From positions 512,001 through 576,000 of the forward strand of contig JAYFMW010000006.1 in assembly GCA_042408215.1 (NCBI GenBank): DNA of 64,000 bases. The letters run 5' to 3'. This stretch comes from Microcoleus sp. (lineage in GTDB: Bacteria > Cyanobacteriota > Cyanobacteriia > Cyanobacteriales > Microcoleaceae). The first letter of the stretch is position 1; each line of letters starts with the position of its first letter. The position numbers and the translations under genes were made by a program. Under the pieces are notes generated by a model. That model was not told the origin of the DNA, ran no database searches, and worked only from the letters and a program-made list of their open reading frames with translations. Of the stretch, positions 10,605-21,439 are shown in pieces.

Positions 10605-11351
10605 ATGACTAATCTATCGACACGCCTCCGAGAAGGCACGATGCAATCCCACACCACATCCGAAAATACGGCATTTATGAAATGCTTTCTGAAAGGCATT
10701 GTGGAACGGGAACCCTTGCGTAAACTATTAGCCGATTTGTACTTTGTCTACAGCACCCTAGAAACGGCTTTGCAGAGCCATGTCAACCACCCGATCGTCG
10801 GGGCCCTCTATTTCCCTGAGTTAAATAGGGCTGAGAATCTGGCTCGCGATTTAGCGTTTTATTACGGTGAAAATTGGCGGGAGCAAATTACGGCTTCGCC
10901 AGCGGGTTGTGTGTATCGCGATCGCATTCAAACCCTCTCAGAAACCGATCCGGCGTTGCTGATTGCCCATGCTTACACCCGCTACATGGGTGATTTATCC
11001 GGCGGACAAAGCTTGAAAAACGTGATTCGAGCGGCACTATCTTTGCCATCAAATCAAGGCACTGACTTCTATGAATTTGACCAAATCTCGACACCGGAAG
11101 CAAGGCGAGTATTTAAGGAACGCTATCGCCAAACCTTGGATGAGTTTCCGGTGGATGCTGACACGATCGAGCGAATTGTCGCAGAAGCAAATGCGGCATT
11201 TGCCCTCAATCGGGATGTGATGCATGAACTCGAAGCTGATGTGAAAGCGGCGATCGGAGAGCATACCTTTGATTTGCTGACTCGGCAAGATCGCCCCGGC
11301 AGCACAGAACGCCGCGGGCATGGGGCTGAGCGAGAATCTGTCGCGAAATAG
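10605..11351 (+). CDS. heme oxygenase (ho2 type by context)
   Basis: SHTTSENTAFMKCFLKG and AHAYTRYMGDLSGGQ. Confidence 0.95.
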   Translation: MTNLSTRLREGTMQSHTTSENTAFMKCFLKGIVEREPLRKLLADLYFVYSTLETALQSHVNHPIVGALYFPELNRAENLARDLAFYYGENWREQITASPAGCVYRDRIQTLSETDPALLIAHAYTRYMGDLSGGQSLKNVIRAALSLPSNQGTDFYEFDQISTPEARRVFKERYRQTLDEFPVDADTIERIVAEANAAFALNRDVMHELEADVKAAIGEHTFDLLTRQDRPGSTERRGHGAERESVAK

Positions 11352-11409
11352 AGCGCCCAAGGAAAACAAGATCGATCGTATCTTTACAGCAATACGGTTC
11401 AGTTAAGTT

Positions 11410-11494
11410 CGATCCCCCCTAGCCCCCCTTACAAAGGGGGGGACAAGAACTTGACTCAAAGTCCCCCTTTTTAAGGGGGATTTAGGGGGATCTC
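11410..11494. repeat. CCCCCTAGCCCCCCTT...AAGGGGGATTTAGGGGGATC palindromic dispersed repeat
   Basis: Same family as the inserts at about 555-645, 36012-36056 and 43605-43970. Confidence 0.8.
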
Positions 11495-11548
11495 CGGGTT
11501 TGATGCAAAGTTTGAAAACACGCCCTAACACCTAACACCTACAGTTTC

Positions 11549-12946
11549 ATGAAACAGTTATCACAAGCGGTTGAATTTGATGCTGCATTGTTGAATAAAT
11601 ACAATCAGCCTTTACCCCGCTATACCAGCTATCCACCCGCTACGGAATTAAGCACTGAATTCGATCGCAACGCATTTAGAACCGCGATCGCCGTCGGCAA
11701 TCATAAACAAACCCCCTTATCGCTTTACTGCCATATCCCGTTTTGTGAAACGCCTTGTTATTTCTGTGGCTGCAATACCATCATCACCCAGCGCAAGGAG
11801 GTGGTAGAACCCTATTTAGGCTATCTCGATCGCCAAATTCGCCAACTTGCCAGTTTGGTGGATGCCGATCGGCTGGTGCATCAGTTGCACTGGGGCGGTG
11901 GCACCCCCAACTATCTCGATCGGAGTCAGGTAGAGTTTCTCTGGAACCAGTTAAATCGGCATTTTCGGTTCGATGACGCAGCAGAAATATCGATCGAAAT
12001 TAATCCTAGCTATATCGATCGCGAATATATTCTATTTCTGCGACAATTAGGCTTTAATCGGATTAGCTTTGGCATTCAAGACTTTAATCCCACCGTGCAG
12101 GAAGCAATCAATCGGGTGCAGCCCGAAGCGATGTTGTTTGATGTGATGGATTGGATGCGGGAAGCAGGGTTTGAAAGTGTCAATGTAGATTTGATTTACG
12201 GCTTACCTTTCCAGACACAAGCAACGTTCGAGGAAACGGTGCAGAAGACTTTGCAATTAAATCCCGATCGCATTGCCGTCTTTAATTTTGCCTATGTTCC
12301 CTGGCTCAAACCGGTTCAGAAACGGATGCCGGAATCCGCCTTGCCGACTGCTGGCGAAAAGCTGAAGATTCTGCAAAACACGATCGCCCAACTGACGCAA
12401 AATAACTATGTGTTTATTGGTATGGATCACTTTGCTAAGCCCAATGATGAACTGGCGATCGCGCAACAAGCTGGGCAACTCCATCGTAATTTTCAGGGTT
12501 ATACAACTAAGCCGGAATCGGATCTGTTGGGCTTTGGCATGACTTCCATCAGTATGTTGCAGGATGTGTATACCCAAAACCACAAGCGATTGAAAGACTT
12601 TTATCAGGCGATCGATGGGAAGGAATTGCCGATCGAAAAAGGCGTTCGACTCAATCAGGACGATCTGATTCGGCGCACAGTAATCATGGAATTGATGTGT
12701 CAATTCCAACTGTCGGTGCCGGATTTGGAAGAAAAATACCATCTCGGCTTCGATCTCGATTTCAATGACTATTTCGCCCAGGTATTGCCACAACTTGATG
12801 CCTTAGAAGCCGATGGGTTAATCAAACGTTGGGGTGATGGCATTGAAGTAACTGCGATCGGGCGATTGCTAATTCGCAATATTGCCTCCGTGTTTGATAC
12901 CTATCTCATACCCCAATCCAGCAAACGGTTTTCCAAGTCCCTGTAA
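11549..12946 (+). CDS. hemN: oxygen-independent coproporphyrinogen III oxidase
   Basis: PRYTSYP, radical SAM CxxxCxxC (CETPCYFC), HWGGGTP, LHRNFQGY. Confidence 0.97.
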   Translation: MKQLSQAVEFDAALLNKYNQPLPRYTSYPPATELSTEFDRNAFRTAIAVGNHKQTPLSLYCHIPFCETPCYFCGCNTIITQRKEVVEPYLGYLDRQIRQLASLVDADRLVHQLHWGGGTPNYLDRSQVEFLWNQLNRHFRFDDAAEISIEINPSYIDREYILFLRQLGFNRISFGIQDFNPTVQEAINRVQPEAMLFDVMDWMREAGFESVNVDLIYGLPFQTQATFEETVQKTLQLNPDRIAVFNFAYVPWLKPVQKRMPESALPTAGEKLKILQNTIAQLTQNNYVFIGMDHFAKPNDELAIAQQAGQLHRNFQGYTTKPESDLLGFGMTSISMLQDVYTQNHKRLKDFYQAIDGKELPIEKGVRLNQDDLIRRTVIMELMCQFQLSVPDLEEKYHLGFDLDFNDYFAQVLPQLDALEADGLIKRWGDGIEVTAIGRLLIRNIASVFDTYLIPQSSKRFSKSL

Positions 12947-13042
12947 ATCGTCCTCAGAGTTGTTAACATAGTCCTGGACGCATAAATACCTTCATAACCG
13001 GGTTTTTGCGTAAGTCAAAACCAATACAACCAGGAAAAAATC

Positions 13043-14692
13043 ATGTTTTGCGAACAATGCGAACAAACAGCCAGCGGACAGGGATGCCATCAGTTTGGCG
13101 CTTGCGGGAAAAGTCCCCAGGTGAATGCTATCCAAGATTTGGTGATTTATTATCTGCGCGGGTTGGCTCCGATCGCCCTGAAAGCCAAGGAATTAGGCAT
13201 TGATACTCATACCGTGGATGTCTTCACCTGCGAAGCCATCTTTGCCACCATGACCAATGTCAACTTTTCCGAAAAGCGGTTTGTTGAGTATCTCCATGAA
13301 GCGATCGCCCATCGCGCCAACCTCAAGGCTCAAGTGCAGCAAGCAACAGACAATCCACCCACTTGGGCTGAAATTTCCAACTGGGAACCCAACTTTGAGG
13401 ACAGCCTGGTTGAGCAGGGTGAGCAGATTTCCCTCCAGTTCCTCAGTCAGTCTGCCTCGAATGTGGATATTTTCTCACTCAAACTCACCGTACTATACGG
13501 CGTTAAGGGTCTTGCCTCCTACACCTTCCACGCCTACGAAGTTGGACAGGAAGACGAGCGGGTGTATCGTTTCATTTACGAGGCACTTGTCGCTCTCGAT
13601 AACCCAACCTTGGGCTTGCAGGAGTGGGTGAATCTTGCTCTTGAGGTGGGAGCCATTAATTTGCGATCGATGGAACTGTTGGATACCGCACATACCAGTA
13701 CCTATGGACACCCAATTCCCACGCCTGTTCCCCTCAATCCACGCCAAGGGAAGGCGATTCTGGTTTCAGGACATGACATCAAACAACTCGAAGGCTTACT
13801 GAAGCAAACCGCAGCCACTGGAATTACGGTTTACACCCACGGCGAACTTCTACCAGCCCACGGCTATCCCAAACTCAAACAGCAGTACCCCCATCTCTAT
13901 GGTCACTACGGCACCGCTTGGCAGAACCAAACTAAGGATTTTGCCAAGTTCCCCGGTGCGATCGTGATTACGACCAACTGCTTAATGCCAACCCATTCCT
14001 ATTATGAAGATAAACTCTTTAGCGTTGGCCCAGTCGGCTATCCCGGCATTATTAACTTGAGTGCGATCGACAATGGCGCACCCGATTTTACTCCCGTTAT
14101 CTCGATCGCACTGGCACTTCCCGGCTTTACTGAAGATGCACCCCCCAGGGAAGTCAAAGTTGGTTTTGCCCACAATACGGTCTTGGGGGTGGCAGATAAA
14201 GTAATTGACGCTGTGAAACAGGGTAAAATCCGCCATTTCTTCCTGGTGGGGGGCTGTGATGGAGCCAAACCCGATCGCAACTACTACACCGAGTTCGTCG
14301 AAAAGGTGCCTGATGATTGTGTCGTGCTCACCCTAGCTTGCGGTAAGTTTCGGTTCTTCGATCAAGATCTCGGAGAGATTGACGGACTCCCCCGCCTGAT
14401 GGATCTCGGTCAGTGCAACGATGCCTACTCCGCGATTAAGATTGCTGTAGCACTAGCCAATGCCTTTGAGGTCGGTGTCAACGATATACCCCTGTCCATG
14501 ATTCTGTCCTGGTATGAACAGAAGGCCGTAGCCGTCTTGCTAACTCTCTTGCATCTGGGGATTAAAAACATTCGCCTAGGGCCGACATTACCGGCATTTA
14601 TTTCTCCGAATGTATTCAAGCTACTGTCGGAGCAATACAACTTGCAGGCCATTACCACCCCTGATGCCGATCTGGCAGCTTGCTTGAGCTGA
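13043..14692 (+). CDS. hcp: hydroxylamine reductase / hybrid cluster protein
   Basis: MFCEQCEQT...GACGK, YTHGELLPAHGYP, GGCDG, GQCND, SWYEQKA. Confidence 0.97.
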   Translation: MFCEQCEQTASGQGCHQFGACGKSPQVNAIQDLVIYYLRGLAPIALKAKELGIDTHTVDVFTCEAIFATMTNVNFSEKRFVEYLHEAIAHRANLKAQVQQATDNPPTWAEISNWEPNFEDSLVEQGEQISLQFLSQSASNVDIFSLKLTVLYGVKGLASYTFHAYEVGQEDERVYRFIYEALVALDNPTLGLQEWVNLALEVGAINLRSMELLDTAHTSTYGHPIPTPVPLNPRQGKAILVSGHDIKQLEGLLKQTAATGITVYTHGELLPAHGYPKLKQQYPHLYGHYGTAWQNQTKDFAKFPGAIVITTNCLMPTHSYYEDKLFSVGPVGYPGIINLSAIDNGAPDFTPVISIALALPGFTEDAPPREVKVGFAHNTVLGVADKVIDAVKQGKIRHFFLVGGCDGAKPDRNYYTEFVEKVPDDCVVLTLACGKFRFFDQDLGEIDGLPRLMDLGQCNDAYSAIKIAVALANAFEVGVNDIPLSMILSWYEQKAVAVLLTLLHLGIKNIRLGPTLPAFISPNVFKLLSEQYNLQAITTPDADLAACLS

Positions 14693-14998
14693 TTAGCAGT
14701 CATTCGCTAAGGAATGAGAATTAAATAACTTAGAATTTTGATGGTTCTTGTGGGATGGGCGTCCCGCCCGTCCAGAAAGGGCGGGCTATAAGCCCAACCC
14801 CTACTCCCCACCAACTTGTGTAAATTATTTAATTCGCGATCCTAAGTCTATTCAGAGGGATTCATCTGCGTTAATCTGTGTTTATCTGCGGTGAAAAAAA
14901 GAGAATGTATTAACCGCCCCGGACAAGGGATTGACGCTGATTCACGCAGAGGTCGAGAATAGAGATAGGAATGGGCGAGCGATCGGATGGATATTCAT

Positions 14999-15354
14999 AA
15001 AAAAGCTCGGTAAGTGGGAAACTCAGAGTCTTTAGACCTGAGAGGGAAACGACGCGGGTGGTTTTAACCACCGTGAATCCCCTTGCGGGGTGGAGGGTAT
15101 GGTTGCCCCTCCGGTTTTCTCTTGCGAGTAATGTTAGCTTCGCCAAAGTTATCAGGGCTTGTTAGGGTAACAACACTGTAAAGCGTGACTTTAGAACTGT
15201 TTAATTGCTACCGACAGAGCAGGGGACTAGCTTCGCATCCAAGCGGGTGTCGTGACCCAAATAACGTAGTCAGTTAAGACTGAGGCTGGTCAGAATAGCT
15301 TGCTTCGAGACTTGCTCTTACAAGCGAGCGTGTCTTTAGACCTGAGTTCCTGAC
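14999..15354 (-). mobile_element. non-autonomous IS200/IS605 mini-element carrying a HEARO/omegaRNA, no ORF
   Basis: Subterminal hairpins (CTCAGAGTCTTTAGACCTGAG at 15022 and a related copy at about 15325-15346). TCAT precedes the left end and the right end terminates in TGAC. Confidence 0.8.
15110..15354 (-). ncRNA. HEARO RNA (IscB omegaRNA scaffold)
   Basis: Minus strand shows ordered HEARO-like blocks: GTCA...GACCAGCCTCAGT...CTACGTT...GACACC..GGATGC..CTAGTCC..CTCTGTC...TTAAACAG...AGTG...TTGGCGAAG..AACATTAC. Confidence 0.8.
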
Positions 15355-15437
15355 ATTCTCAAAGAAGGCAGTCGGATTTTTACAGGCTACCGGGGTCAAA
15401 TGAATCTCGCTGAGTCGGAGTTATGAACCCGATCGCA

Positions 15438-16310
15438 TTAAGCATCGAGCATCCAAGCAACACACTGTTGCATTTGCTCGTGCATTGTTTCTCTGTCAGC
15501 ATTATACCTGCGGCCGTGTCCCGGCAACACCCACTCAAACTCATAATTAGCCAAATTCTGCATCGATTGGATTTGTTCCGCCCAAGAGTACCAGCAGACT
15601 TGGCGAAAAGCAATTAGCTGCTGCAAATTATCCGACCAAGCCAGATGATCGCCACTCAACAAAAACTTATTATTGTAAAGTAAAACTGTGTGACCTTTCG
15701 TGTGCCCCGGTACAGAAATAATCAACAAGTCATCTGCTATTTGATGCGGTTCGTGGCCCGACAATTGAATTTCTACACTGCGAGTATCCGCATTAATTTC
15801 GTCAGTATGAAGAATGCGATCGCACCCAAAATGGTCTCGGTATTGTTGATGATCTGCCACATCATCGCGGTGAGTCAAGTACAAATAGCGAAGGCCGCCC
15901 ATTGCTTCTATATTTTTAACTAGCGGCGGCACAAAACGAGGAGAATCAACCAAAATATTGCCCTCTGGGCGGACTATTAAATAGCTAGCTGCGCCGTAGG
16001 ATTTCTCTGAATGGTAGCCACAGTGGTAAATATTTTCTGTTACGATTGCGGGCAAACTTTGCTGAACTTCCTTGATATTTTTCGGTTTGTCAACAGTGCC
16101 GATCGAACTTGTGGGACAAGACAAAAGAGCCGCGAGCGATCGCCTTTCTGCCCTATCATCAGTTGGCTGCTGGTAAACCGCCGACTGTTCTCCCACTTCA
16201 ACAAATACTTCCGGTGCCATCCACCGACAAGTATCGCAGCTAATGCAGGTACTATCTACATAAAAATTACCACTAATATTTTCAGTACGCCGCCGATTAA
16301 TGTGAGCCAT
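15438..16310 (-). CDS. MBL-fold metallohydrolase with N-terminal ferredoxin domain
   Basis: CISCDTC...CP ferredoxin motif, THRDDVAD, PGHTKGH, GDH, LPGHG. ATG at 16310. Confidence 0.9.
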   Translation of the reverse strand: MAHINRRRTENISGNFYVDSTCISCDTCRWMAPEVFVEVGEQSAVYQQPTDDRAERRSLAALLSCPTSSIGTVDKPKNIKEVQQSLPAIVTENIYHCGYHSEKSYGAASYLIVRPEGNILVDSPRFVPPLVKNIEAMGGLRYLYLTHRDDVADHQQYRDHFGCDRILHTDEINADTRSVEIQLSGHEPHQIADDLLIISVPGHTKGHTVLLYNNKFLLSGDHLAWSDNLQQLIAFRQVCWYSWAEQIQSMQNLANYEFEWVLPGHGRRYNADRETMHEQMQQCVAWMLDA

Positions 16311-16359
16311 TTTTCTCCCTCTTAATAACAAATATAAATCCTTGTAAATTATACCAATA

Positions 16360-17073
16360 GGACTTACGCATGGGGGTTCAGAAACCGGGTTTTTTCGAGA
16401 ATACTTGGTTGTGGCGCGCTGATTCGGTAAAAAACCCGGTTTCTTTGAGGACTTACGCATGGGGGTTCAGAAACCGGGTTTTTACAGAGAATACTTGGTT
16501 GTGGCGCGCTGATTCGGTAAAAAACCCGGTTTCTTTGAGGACTTACGCACGGGGGTTCAGAAACCGGGTTTTTACAGAGAATACTTGGTTGTGGCGCGCT
16601 GATTCGGTAAAAAACCCGGTTTCTTTGAGGACTTACGCACGGGGGTTCAGAAACCGGGTTTTTACAGAGAATACTTGGTTGTGGCGCGCTGATTCGGTAA
16701 AAAACCCGGTTTCTTTGAGGACTTACGCACGGGTGGTCAGAAACCGGGTTTTTACAGAGAATACTTGGTTGTGGCGCGCTGATTCGGTAAAAAACCCGGT
16801 TTCTTTGAGGACTTACGCACGGGTGGTCAGAAACCGGGTTTTTTCGAGAATACTTGGTTGTGGCGCGCTGATTCGGTAAAAAACCCGGTTTCTTTGAGGA
16901 CTTACGCATGGGTGGTCAGAAACCGGGTTTTTTCGAGAATACTTGGTTGTGGCGCGCTGATTCGGTAAAAAACCCGGTTTCTTTGAGGACTTACGCATGG
17001 GTGGTCAGAAACCGGGTTTTTACAGAGAAGACGCGTTGTGGCGCGCTGATTCGGTAAAAAACCCGGTTTCTTT
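16360..17073. repeat. 89-90-bp tandem array (about 8 copies) with the AAACCGGGTTT core
   Basis: Units start at 16360, 16449, 16539, 16629... Confidence 0.95.
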
Positions 17074-17085
17074 GTCGGAGAGGTT

Positions 17086-18312
17086 CTACCGCTGCTGAGT
17101 CGCTGGAAAAGCACCAGCTTTCACGGCCACAGTCACAACTTGTCCGCCACGGCTCAATTCAAGCTGCATATCGTTACCAACTTTACTTTTCTCCACAATT
17201 TGCTGTACGCTGCCAGCATCGCTCACCTCTTGACCATTAATTTTCTTAATCACATCAGCAACGCTAACTCCAGCTTTGGCCGCCGGAGAATTTTTCGCAA
17301 CTCCCAAAACTAACACACCTTTATCTTCAGTCAACCTCAATTTGGTGTTCGGATTTCTATTGAATTCTGCCTTGACTTCGGGAGTAATACTCAACATCCG
17401 AACCCCCAAATAAGGATGGTCGGCTTTCCCTGTTGATACTAACTGATCGGCAATTTGTTGAGCGCGATCGATCGGAATTGCAAAACCCAATCCTTGAGCA
17501 CCTTGAATAATCGCCGTATTCATGCCGATAACTTGACCGCGCTGATTCAGCAATGGGCCACCGGAATTTCCCGGATTAATCGCAGCATCCGTTTGAATAA
17601 AGCTGACGCGCTTGTCGGGAACGCCCACATCAGCGCTGGAACGACCTGTAGCGCTAATAATGCCCACAGTAACAGTATTGTCCAAACCGAGGGGATTGCC
17701 GATCGCGATCGCCCATTCTCCCGGCTGTAACTCTTCCGATTTACCCAAACTAACCACAGGCAAATTGTTAGCTTCAACCTTAACAACAGCCACATCTGTA
17801 ACTGTATCTATACCTAAAACTTTGCCCACAAATTCCCGGCCATCTTTCAGTTTTACCGTCACCGTATCCGCACCATCAACAACGTGAGCGTTAGTCAAAA
17901 TGCGGCCGTCGGAACCAAAAACAAAACCCGAACCTGAACCCTTTTCTACTCGATTTTCCGGCAGAATCGGAGATTCTGAGCCAAAGAAGCGGCGGAAAAA
18001 CGGGTCTTCTAAAACATCAGGCTGTTGGCTGTGAACTGTGCGAGACGAATTAATCCGTACCACCGCCGGCCCGACTTGCTGCACTACTTTTGTCACAAAA
18101 TTAGAGTCTTGAGAAGGCAGTATATTGATAGGTGCTGCTGCAATTGGCGCTGGACTTGAGGGTTCAGCTTTGATCGCATTAGAAGTTCCCGGCGCTTGGG
18201 AAGTTAGGGCGTTGCACCCAACCATTGCGGTGGAGCCCAGCAAAACTAGGTATAAACAAGCAAGTTTTTTCGGCAAAGATAAAGTGCGATGATGCTGAGT
18301 TTGATTAGGCAT
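17086..18312 (-). CDS. HtrA/DegP-family (HhoA/HhoB) serine protease with PDZ domain; start uncertain
   Basis: [24 protein letters not shown]-terminus and a lipobox-like N-terminus. Confidence 0.95.
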   Translation of the reverse strand: MPNQTQHHRTLSLPKKLACLYLVLLGSTAMVGCNALTSQAPGTSNAIKAEPSSPAPIAAAPINILPSQDSNFVTKVVQQVGPAVVRINSSRTVHSQQPDVLEDPFFRRFFGSESPILPENRVEKGSGSGFVFGSDGRILTNAHVVDGADTVTVKLKDGREFVGKVLGIDTVTDVAVVKVEANNLPVVSLGKSEELQPGEWAIAIGNPLGLDNTVTVGIISATGRSSADVGVPDKRVSFIQTDAAINPGNSGGPLLNQRGQVIGMNTAIIQGAQGLGFAIPIDRAQQIADQLVSTGKADHPYLGVRMLSITPEVKAEFNRNPNTKLRLTEDKGVLVLGVAKNSPAAKAGVSVADVIKKINGQEVSDAGSVQQIVEKSKVGNDMQLELSRGGQVVTVAVKAGAFPATQQR

Positions 18313-18597
18313 ATTTTTGCTTTCCGTAATATTGATTTGGTGGGAGTCAGAGCGAGAATTATAATTATGGTTTTTCATTTGTAACACCTATTTAATTAAG
18401 TTAGAACCAAAGGCTCTTTAAGTTAAATAGAAGCATTTTTTAGATGTGTTCGCCTGGTGGGATTTACCCTACACCGTGGGGTAGAAACCGTGCTATCTAA
18501 AACAGATTGTTGATTTGCTTCATGCTAACAAAGACTACGGCCCCAGGCCTGGATATTCCGCATTAACCCTGAAGTTTTTACACTTTTGACAACGAAA

Positions 18598-19689
18598 TTA
18601 GCAATTTTCTCGATCGGCAGACTCAACAGAAACTCCAGAATTGCCCTCCCTCGACTGATTCCTCGAAATTCCCAAAGCATCAACAGTATTTTTAATAAAA
18701 CCCGCCATCGGCACCGCAACCAACAAACCAACTACTCCACCCACCCTGATTCCCACCAGCAGCGAAACTAAAATCCACACGGGATTGAGACCGATAAAAC
18801 TCCCCATCAGCCGAGGAGCCACCGCATTTTCAATTACTTGATCGATGACTGTAGCGACAGCCAAAACAGTCACCCCAAGCCAAAAATTGTTCAGCGTTAT
18901 TAGCAAACTGACAATCCAAATACTAAAAGGTGCTCCAAAGGGAATTAGAGTCATTACACCCACGCCCAAACCAAACAATAGACCAAAGGGAACTCGCAAA
19001 ATTAAAAAGGCAACAGTCATGGAAAGTCCCATCAAAGTTGCTAAAATAGCCTGCCCAACGAAGTAGTTGTGGAAGCTTCGCGGCAGCAATGCCCGCAATT
19101 GGACACTCAGCTTGGGGGGGAACCACTTAAACAAGCCTTCCCACACTCGATCGCCATGTAATAGCAAATAGAATGTCAGAACTATTGTGAGCAGGAAGTT
19201 CAAAAGACTGTCTGCCGCACCTAAGCCAAATTTGAGGATTTCGCCACTTAGAGACTGCAATTGAGCCGAAAGTCGATCGCTCAATTGAGTTGTCAAACCG
19301 CTAACATCAATGCGTAGATTACGATTTTCCGCCCACTTGTGGAACGCTTCAATCTGTTCGGTTCCAGAAACGATCCAAGTCGGCAGTCGAGTTGCAAGTT
19401 CGGTGAGTTGATTGAGCAGAATGGGAGCGAGAGTGAGGCCTAAAACCACCAGTACGAATAAAGTAACAAATAATACTGACAAAATTGCTCGATCGCGCTT
19501 CATCCCATACTTGCACAGAAAGCGGACTGGGTAATCTAGCAAAAAAGACAGCACTGTAGCGACGACCAAAACAGTAATCAGGGCGCGAAAATATTCAAAG
19601 ATTAGGAGAGCTAACCAGCAGTTGAGTACCGCTAGGGGAAATAACAGTCCATAAGTCCACCAGTGCGGCAGTTTCGTGAAAGGTCTCAT
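18598..19689 (-). CDS. AI-2E (PerM) family transporter
   Basis: Polytopic membrane protein with LTFYLL, IPFG, PRLMG...GLNP, GLLVAVP. Confidence 0.9.
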   Translation of the reverse strand: MRPFTKLPHWWTYGLLFPLAVLNCWLALLIFEYFRALITVLVVATVLSFLLDYPVRFLCKYGMKRDRAILSVLFVTLFVLVVLGLTLAPILLNQLTELATRLPTWIVSGTEQIEAFHKWAENRNLRIDVSGLTTQLSDRLSAQLQSLSGEILKFGLGAADSLLNFLLTIVLTFYLLLHGDRVWEGLFKWFPPKLSVQLRALLPRSFHNYFVGQAILATLMGLSMTVAFLILRVPFGLLFGLGVGVMTLIPFGAPFSIWIVSLLITLNNFWLGVTVLAVATVIDQVIENAVAPRLMGSFIGLNPVWILVSLLVGIRVGGVVGLLVAVPMAGFIKNTVDALGISRNQSREGNSGVSVESADRENC

Positions 19690-19873
19690 TTAAGTTAACG
19701 GATTTAAAGCTTGAGATTTTAGGGTTAAGATTAACCCTAATGTTAGCCGATCGCCTTTCGCCATCTTATTGTGCACTTATTTATACCCACCCACTGAAAA
19801 TTGCCAGTTGCCGATCGGACCAGAAGAATTTGGTTGTAGGCAGACACTGCCTGCTATTACCATATTATCTCGT

Positions 19874-19904
19874 TTCCGCAGGTAAGGATATATAACCTGC
19901 GGAA
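19874..19904. terminator. stem-loop downstream of ddl
   Basis: TTCCGCAGGT-11 nt-ACCTGCGGAA inverted repeat. Confidence 0.45.
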
Positions 19905-19950
19905 TAATTTATTTTTTGCTGTTGGTAGTTCGCGGTTTAAGGTTGGCGAT

Positions 19951-21024
19951 TCAAGATTTCTCCCCGTGTCTTTCTAAAGCCAATTGAATTAAACGGTCTA
20001 CTAATTCCGGGAAAGAAATGCCCGAAGCTTCCCAAAGTTGGGGATACATACTGGTAGCCGTGAAGCCGGGAAAAGTGTTAATTTCATTAATCAAAACCTC
20101 CCCTGTAGATTCAACATAAAAAAAGTCTACTCGCCCTAGACCTGCTCCATCTATGGCTAAAAATGCTTGCACTGCCATTTCTTGAATTTTTGAGATTATG
20201 GCACTACTAACTTTTGCCGGAATTGACAAATCTGCTTGCCCTTGAGTATACTTAGTTTCGTAGTCGTAGAAATCGCTATTAAAACTAATTTCTCCCACCG
20301 TGGAAGCTTGGGGATTGTCATTACCCAAAACAGCACATTCTAATTCTCTAGCTATCACACCCGCTTCCACAATTATCCGGCGATCGTAACTAGCGGCGCT
20401 GTCGAGAGCAGCTTCTAATTCAGCGCGCGATCGCACTTTAGAAATTCCCACAGACGAACCCAAATTCGCAGGTTTCACAAAGCAAGGATAACCCAAAGAT
20501 TCCTCAATTTTGTCGCACAGTTTCGGGAAAACACAAGGATTAGACCAGATTTCAGAACGGTTGACAGCGATGTATTGTACCTGCGGCAAACCTGCGTGAG
20601 CAAAAGCCATTTTCATCGCAATTTTATCCATTCCCATCGCCGAACCCAAAACCCCGGAACCGACAAAAGGAATTTGCATTAATTTCAGCAACCCTTGCAC
20701 CGTACCGTCTTCGCCATTGGGCCCGTGCAGAACCGGGAACCAAACATCTACAGCATTAAAATTAGGAAACTGTCTAGATGTGGAAGAGTCATCTTGTCCT
20801 GCTTGTTGCTCTATTTCCAGAGGTTTTCCGGTGGATAAGACTTGTTGAGGTATTGTTCCCGACAACCAGCGACCGTCTTTTTGGATATAGAATGGGTGAA
20901 CCTCGTATTTAGTGGCATTTTCGTCAGAAGCGAGGGCTCCCGCGATCGCCCTAGCCGAACTAATTGAGACTTCGTGTTCCCCCGATCGCCCGCCGAATAA
21001 AAGCCCTATCCGCATCTTCGTCAT
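19951..21024 (-). CDS. ddl: D-alanine--D-alanine ligase
   Basis: [37 protein letters not shown]. Confidence 0.97.
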   Translation of the reverse strand: MTKMRIGLLFGGRSGEHEVSISSARAIAGALASDENATKYEVHPFYIQKDGRWLSGTIPQQVLSTGKPLEIEQQAGQDDSSTSRQFPNFNAVDVWFPVLHGPNGEDGTVQGLLKLMQIPFVGSGVLGSAMGMDKIAMKMAFAHAGLPQVQYIAVNRSEIWSNPCVFPKLCDKIEESLGYPCFVKPANLGSSVGISKVRSRAELEAALDSAASYDRRIIVEAGVIARELECAVLGNDNPQASTVGEISFNSDFYDYETKYTQGQADLSIPAKVSSAIISKIQEMAVQAFLAIDGAGLGRVDFFYVESTGEVLINEINTFPGFTATSMYPQLWEASGISFPELVDRLIQLALERHGEKS

Positions 21025-21439
21025 TTTTCAAGACTCCCGGTACTTTTTAACAAATATCTTTTACAATACTTGGAATTAGCGCAGCTAACACAGAGAAGAA
21101 CCATTTTAAAAGTATTTATATCCTCCCCTCCACTCTTCCTCTGTGTCCTCTGCGCTCTCTGCGGTAAAAAAAAATATATTTTGTTAGAAGAGTTCACGAG
21201 TAAGCCATCTCTAGCCAATATTATCTATATTGTTGGTCATGTGATTGAGAATCTCTTGATTCCAATTATAATCCCAGAACAAGTGAAAAGTCGATCGAGG
21301 CTATCCGAGTAGTGGCTGATTTTATGCAAAATCGGGAATTCCCACGCGGTGTAAAAAACCCAGTTTCTACCTCAATATCTCTCGGTTCAATGCACGATAT
21401 TTCGGAGAAACCAGGTTTTTTGCCTAATTACGAAACTAT

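Noticed and set aside
14860..14895. Targeting link between ATCTGCG 12-mer repeats and both omegaRNA elements (also 42740-42790)
   Set aside because: Only two cases, at different distances and sides, and the repeat is probably common.
14910..15146. 78-aa ORF as an iscB remnant
   Set aside because: No PLMP, RuvC or HNH motifs. It spans RNA scaffold and left-end sequence.
16364..17114. ORFs reading KKPGF/KNPVS/RNRVF (also 6589-7757, 8683-8934, 56918-57616)
   Set aside because: Translations of tandem DNA repeats, open in several frames on both strands.
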